Shown: positions 59,558 to 64,000 of the stretch, piece after piece
Layout of the letters: each line of letters starts with the position of its first letter
Numbering within the stretch: the first letter of the stretch is position 1
Assembly (NCBI GenBank): GCA_963849405.1
Contig: CAWKHG010000006.1
Span: forward strand, 490,350-554,349
Direction: 5' to 3'
Source of the DNA: an uncultured Chloroflexia bacterium
GTDB lineage: Bacteria > Chloroflexota > Limnocylindria > Limnocylindrales > CSP1-4
DNA: 64,000 bases
The notes under the pieces: generated by a model
The model's input: the letters and a program-made list of their open reading frames with translations, nothing else
Told to the model about the DNA's origin: nothing
Database searches by the model: none
Program-made: the position numbers and the translations under genes

Positions 59558-61852
59558 TCAGTGGCCGGGATCGTCGATGTCGGCGTGGCTCACGAGCCAG
59601 TTGTCCGGTCCATAGACGATCCGCGGCACGGCCGGGTTACGGGGGTCGCCCGGCCCGATGATGCCGTAGCGCTCCATCTCGTCCATGAGCCGGCTCGCCC
59701 GGCTGAAGCCGACCTTGAGCTTGGTCTGGAGCATCGAGGTCGACGCCTTGTTCAGGGTCGTCACGAGCTCGGCCGCCAGGACGACCATGTCGTCGTCGGC
59801 CATCGCCGCGAGCCACTTGAACTGGCCGTTGCCGCCGCCGTCCTCGGCGCTGAAGTCCATGAACGACTCGTCGTAGAACGTCCGGCCGCCGGCCAGGTCG
59901 AGCCAGTGCTTGCCGACGGCATTCACCTCCGCGTCGCTCACGAAAACGCCCTGGAGGCGCATGGGACGGGGCAGGTCGACGGGCTGGTAGAGCATGTCGC
60001 CCCGGCCGATGAGGTCCTCCGCCCCGGGCGCGTCGAGGACGGTCCGGCTGTCGATCATCGAGGCCATCGCGAAGGCCATCCGGGACGGCACGTTGGCCTT
60101 GATGAGGCCGGTCACGACGTTGACCGACGGTCGCTGCGTCGCGAGCACGAGGTGGATGCCCACGGCGCGCGCCTTCTGGGCGATCTTGACGATCGGCTCC
60201 TCGACCTTCTGGCCCTCGCGCATGATCAGGTCGGCCAGCTCGTCGATGATGATCACGATGTACGGGAGGCGCTCCTCGGCGGGGACGTCGGGGCTCGCGT
60301 TGAACGCGGCGATGTTGCGGACGCCCTTCGAGGCGAGGGCCTTGTAGCGCTCCTCCATCTGGCGCACGGCGCCGTTGAGGGCGGCCTTGGCGTTCGACGG
60401 CTCGACGATGACGGGCTGGAGCAGGTGCGGCAGCCGGTCGTACGGGGCGAGCTCGACCCGCTTGAGGTCGATGAGGATGAGCCGGACCTCCTCGGGCTTG
60501 GCGTGCATCAGGAGGCTCGTGATGAGCGCGTTGATGCAGACGCTCTTGCCCGAGCCGGTGGCCCCGGCCACGAGCAGGTGGGGCATCTTGGCGAGGTCGA
60601 CGGCATAGGCCTTGCCCGAGACGTCGCGCCCCAGCGCGAACGAGAGGCGGCTGTCGGCGTCGAGCATCTTGGTGTCCTCGACGAGCCGTCGGAAGCTCAC
60701 GATCTCCGACTTCACGTTGGGGATCTCGATGCCGACGACGTCCTTGCCCGGGATCGGCGCCTCGATCCGTATGGAGCGGGCCGCCAGGGCCATCGCCAGG
60801 TCGTCGGCCAGCGCCTCGATCCGGGAGAGCTTGATGTGGCGCTCCGGCCGGACCTCGTACTGGGTCACCACCGGGCCGGTGTTCGTCGCCACGACGGTGG
60901 CCGGGATCCCGAAGCTGTTGAGCTTGTCCTCGATGATCCGGATGTTGTCCTCGTGGTTCGCCCGTGTCGTGGTGACGGGTGGGTCGGGCACGACCGTCAG
61001 CAGGTCGATCGGCGGGAGGATCCACGTCGGGCCGTCGGGCAGGTAGCCGTCCTCGGCCTCGAGGAGGTCGACCGCCGTCGCCGACGGGGCCCGCAGTGCG
61101 CCGCCGCCACGGGCATCCGCCCCGCCCCGCAGGCCGCCCGACACGACGGTCTGGCTCATGGGGGCTTCGCTGGGTACCGGCGCCGGTGAGCGTCGCGGCG
61201 GGGCGATCTCGCCCGGATCGACCATCGTCGGGCGCCCGACTCCCCGATCGGCGGCGGCCTTGGCCTTGGCGGCCCGGGCAGCCGCGGCCTCGGGGGCCTC
61301 CGCGACCACCGTGCCGAGGCTCGTCAGGCCGCGCCGGAACGGGGCCACGAACTCGGCGAGGCGCAGGTTGGCGGTGATGAGGATGCCGCCGACGAACACG
61401 GCGGCCAGGACGATGAACGCCCCGGGCCGGGTGATCAGCGAGCCGAGCACGTCGGCGAGGAACGTCCCGATGCGCCCGCCGCCGCGCACCGGCAGGAACT
61501 CGAACAGGCCGAGGAGGGCGGCGTAGGAGACGATCGCCGCCACGAGCCGCGTCCGCCAGCCCGGACCGAGGGGCCGCCACTCGATGAGGCCGCCGGCGGT
61601 CAGCAGGAAGATCGGCAGCAGCCAGCGGCCGGTGCCGAAGTTGGGCAGGACGACGTTGCGGGCCCAGTCGGTGAGGGTCCCCTGCGAGCTCGGGATCGCC
61701 AGCATGATCAGCGTCAGGGCGCCCAGGACGAGGAGCGTCAGCCCGACGAGCGAGCGGACGACGTCCGGCGGGATGTTGACCGAGGGCATGCCCAGCCCGC
61801 CGCCCCGCCGGGGACGGCTGCGGCGCGCCGGTGCGCGTCGTCGGGAGCTCAC
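59558..61852 (-). CDS. ftsK: DNA translocase FtsK/SpoIIIE
   Basis: N-terminal TMs, MPHLLVAGATGSGKS, IIDELADL, LATQRPS, gamma domain STSMLQ..L.VGFSRASRLMD. Confidence 0.95.
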   Translation of the reverse strand: MSSRRRAPARRSRPRRGGGLGMPSVNIPPDVVRSLVGLTLLVLGALTLIMLAIPSSQGTLTDWARNVVLPNFGTGRWLLPIFLLTAGGLIEWRPLGPGWRTRLVAAIVSYAALLGLFEFLPVRGGGRIGTFLADVLGSLITRPGAFIVLAAVFVGGILITANLRLAEFVAPFRRGLTSLGTVVAEAPEAAAARAAKAKAAADRGVGRPTMVDPGEIAPPRRSPAPVPSEAPMSQTVVSGGLRGGADARGGGALRAPSATAVDLLEAEDGYLPDGPTWILPPIDLLTVVPDPPVTTTRANHEDNIRIIEDKLNSFGIPATVVATNTGPVVTQYEVRPERHIKLSRIEALADDLAMALAARSIRIEAPIPGKDVVGIEIPNVKSEIVSFRRLVEDTKMLDADSRLSFALGRDVSGKAYAVDLAKMPHLLVAGATGSGKSVCINALITSLLMHAKPEEVRLILIDLKRVELAPYDRLPHLLQPVIVEPSNAKAALNGAVRQMEERYKALASKGVRNIAAFNASPDVPAEERLPYIVIIIDELADLIMREGQKVEEPIVKIAQKARAVGIHLVLATQRPSVNVVTGLIKANVPSRMAFAMASMIDSRTVLDAPGAEDLIGRGDMLYQPVDLPRPMRLQGVFVSDAEVNAVGKHWLDLAGGRTFYDESFMDFSAEDGGGNGQFKWLAAMADDDMVVLAAELVTTLNKASTSMLQTKLKVGFSRASRLMDEMERYGIIGPGDPRNPAVPRIVYGPDNWLVSHADIDDPGH

Positions 61853-61855
61853 TGG

Positions 61856-63521
61856 CTAGACCTCCACGACGACCGGGAAGACCATCGGCCGCCGCTTCGT
61901 GCGCTCGTACAGGTGGCGCGAGACGGCGTCCTTGATCTGGACCTTGAGGAGCGCGATCTCGCTGATGTGGTCGCCCGGGTTCTCGATCGCCGCGACGACC
62001 CGGTCCGTCGTCGACTCGATGATCGGGTCGTTCTCGTTGGGCACGAAACCGCGGGTGATGATCTCCGGCCGGCCGATGACCGTGCCGGTCTGCTTGTCCA
62101 CGGTCACGACGATCATGAACATGCCGTCGTTGGCCAGGGCCCGCCGGTCGCGCAGGACGACCTCGCCGACCTCGCCGACGGAGAGGCCGTCCACGAACAC
62201 GTAGCCCCGCGACCACGGGCTGGCCGCGGCGGGCGGAGCCGTCGGGCAGGATCTCGATCGGCGTGCCGTTCTCGATGATGAACACGTTCTCGGGCAGGAC
62301 GCCGGTCTCGATCGCCAGGCGGCCGTGCTGGACCTGCATCCGGAACTCGCCGTGGATCGGGATGAAGTGCTTGGGCTTGGTGAGCCCGAGCATGAGCTTG
62401 AGCTCCTCCTGGCTGGCATGGCCCGAGACGTGGGCCCGCTTGATCGTGTGGTAGAAGACGTTCGCGCCGGCCTTGAACAGGTTGTCGATCGTCCGGCTCA
62501 CGTATTCCTCGTTGCCGGGGATCGGGCTGGCGCTGACGATGACCGTGTCGCCCGGGACGATCTCCACGAACCGGTGGTCGCGGTTGGCCATCCGGGCCAG
62601 GCCGGCCATCGGCTCGCCCTGGGCGCCCGTCGTCGCGATGCACAGCTTGTCGGCCGGGACCTCGCTGATCTTGTCCTTGGCCACGATCTGGGACGGCGGG
62701 TACTTCAGGTAGCCGAGGTCGGTCGCGATCCGGAAGTTCTGCTCCATCGACCGGCCGATGACGGTGACCTTGCGGTCGAACTGCGCCGCGGCGTCGAGCA
62801 CCTGCTGGACGCGGGCGATGTTGCTCGCGAACGTGGCCACGATGACCCGCCCGTCGAGCGGCTCCATGATCTCGCGGAACGCCTCGCCGACCGTCCGCTC
62901 GGATGGCGTGTAGCCGGGGTTCTCGGCGCGCGTGGAGTCCGAGAGCAGGCACACCACGCCTTCCTCGCCGAGCCGGGCCAGGATCGCGAAGTCGGACAGC
63001 TTGCCGTCGACCGGCGTGTGGTCGAACTTGAAGTCGCCGGTGTGCACGATCGTCCCGACCGGCGTCCGCAGGGCGATGCCCATCGCGTCGGGGATCGAGT
63101 GGCCGATGCGGAACGGGATGACCGTGAACGGGCCGATCGTGACCTCGTCCCCGGGCTCCAGGGCCAGCATCGGGTTGTTGTGGAGCTTGTGCTCCTTGAT
63201 CTTGTTGCCGAGCAGGCCCCGGGCGAGCGTGCTGGCGTAGACGGGCACGCCCGGGAACTCGGGCAGCACGTACGGCAGGCCGCCGACGTGGTCCTCGTGG
63301 GCGTGGGTGATGAGGAACGCCCGGACGTTGGCCCGGTGTTCCTTGAGATAGGTGATGTCGGGGATGACGAGGTCGATGCCGAACATCTCCTCGTCCGGGA
63401 ACATGAGCCCGCAGTCGATGACGACGATGTCGTCGCCGTACTCGAAGAGGTACATGTTCTTGCCGATCTCGCCCACCCCGCCGAGCGGGATGATGCGGAG
63501 CGGTCGGGTTTCGTCAACCAT
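61856..63521 (-). CDS. rnj: Ribonuclease J (frameshift near 62208)
   Basis: PLGGVGEIGKNM, THAHEDH, HSIPD, HTGDFK, HVSGHA, PIHGE, C-terminal KRRPMVFPVV. Confidence 0.95.
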
Positions 63522-63548
63522 GCGGGTAGTGGTCCGTTGCGGGTGTGG

Positions 63549-64000
63549 TCAGAAGATCGTTGCCTGCGCGAGTGGATCGGTCCCGGGTGCAGGATCCGGG
63601 GACTGGGCGGATGTCGGTGGGTCGCCGGCGGGGGCGTTAGCGGGGGACGGCGGCGACGCCGCCGGTGGGGCGGGTTCGCGCCGTTCGCGTGCCGCGACGA
63701 GGGCGCCGGGCACGCGGGCCATGTCGTCGAGGAGCGTCTGGCGGAGCGAGCCCTGGTGGAGGGCCGCGGCCGGATGGTACATGGCGAAGACCTGTGCCTC
63801 GCGGGCGCCCGTCTCGGGGTCGGCGGCCTTCGTCGTGCCGTGGACCTGGCCGATCCGGGCGCCCGGCATGAAGCGGCCCATCGAGTGGCGTCCGAGGGTC
63901 ACGACGAGGGCCGGGTCGAGGGTCTCGAGCTGGCGGCGCAGGAACGGCGCGCAGGCCGCGATCTCGTCCGGTTCGGGGTCCCGGTTGTCGGGCGGCCGGC
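63549..64000 (-). CDS. Uracil-DNA glycosylase family 4 (5'-partial)
   Basis: [33 protein letters not shown]. Confidence 0.88.
   Translation of the reverse strand, partial: RPPDNRDPEPDEIAACAPFLRRQLETLDPALVVTLGRHSMGRFMPGARIGQVHGTTKAADPETGAREAQVFAMYHPAAALHQGSLRQTLLDDMARVPGALVAARERREPAPPAASPPSPANAPAGDPPTSAQSPDPAPGTDPLAQATIF

Noticed and set aside
59637-63521. 1294-aa RNase J fusion
   Set aside because: Frameshift read-through; the true RNase J C-terminus is in the frame ending at 61856.
1-64000. Numerous frameshifted genes read as pseudogenes or programmed frameshifts
   Set aside because: Single-base indels are scattered across about 20 genes, including the housekeeping gene rnj. I saw no slippery sites or accumulated in-frame stops, so long-read assembly error is the simplest explanation. 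Read inspection would confirm.

Overview
GC-rich bacterial chromosomal window. The gene content and protein style suggest a Chloroflexota-like soil or sediment bacterium (possibly Limnocylindria); this is inference, not a search result. Many genes carry single-base frameshifts, which look like long-read indel errors. About 1-52 kb is an accessory-type region rich in detoxification and stress genes: 8 VOC/glyoxalase proteins, 3 BBE-type FAD oxidoreductases, LLM/FMN-reductase genes, a P450, an AlkZ-like glycosylase, a pentapeptide-repeat protein, two SnoaL-extended ECF sigma factors, several secreted proteins and signalling proteins. About 53-64 kb is a minus-strand housekeeping run: udg, rnj, ftsK, rodZ, cinA-C, murC, yajQ and a TPP enzyme-DUF952 fusion. 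I recognised no rRNA, tRNA, CRISPR array, integrase or transposase. Main observations: (1) a bipartite motif CCGAT(G/A)A(G/A)-N17-GT(C/T)(T/A) occurs five times with identical spacing and outlines a probable ECF56-type regulon; (2) a three-gene cluster has two paralogous Cys-rich, probably Zn-binding proteins flanking a tandem DUF6812-like protein, with a structured leader and an apparent ATC start codon; (3) leaderless gene architecture is widespread; (4) a tandem-operator, AT-rich region lies upstream of a PD-(D/E)XK-like nuclease.
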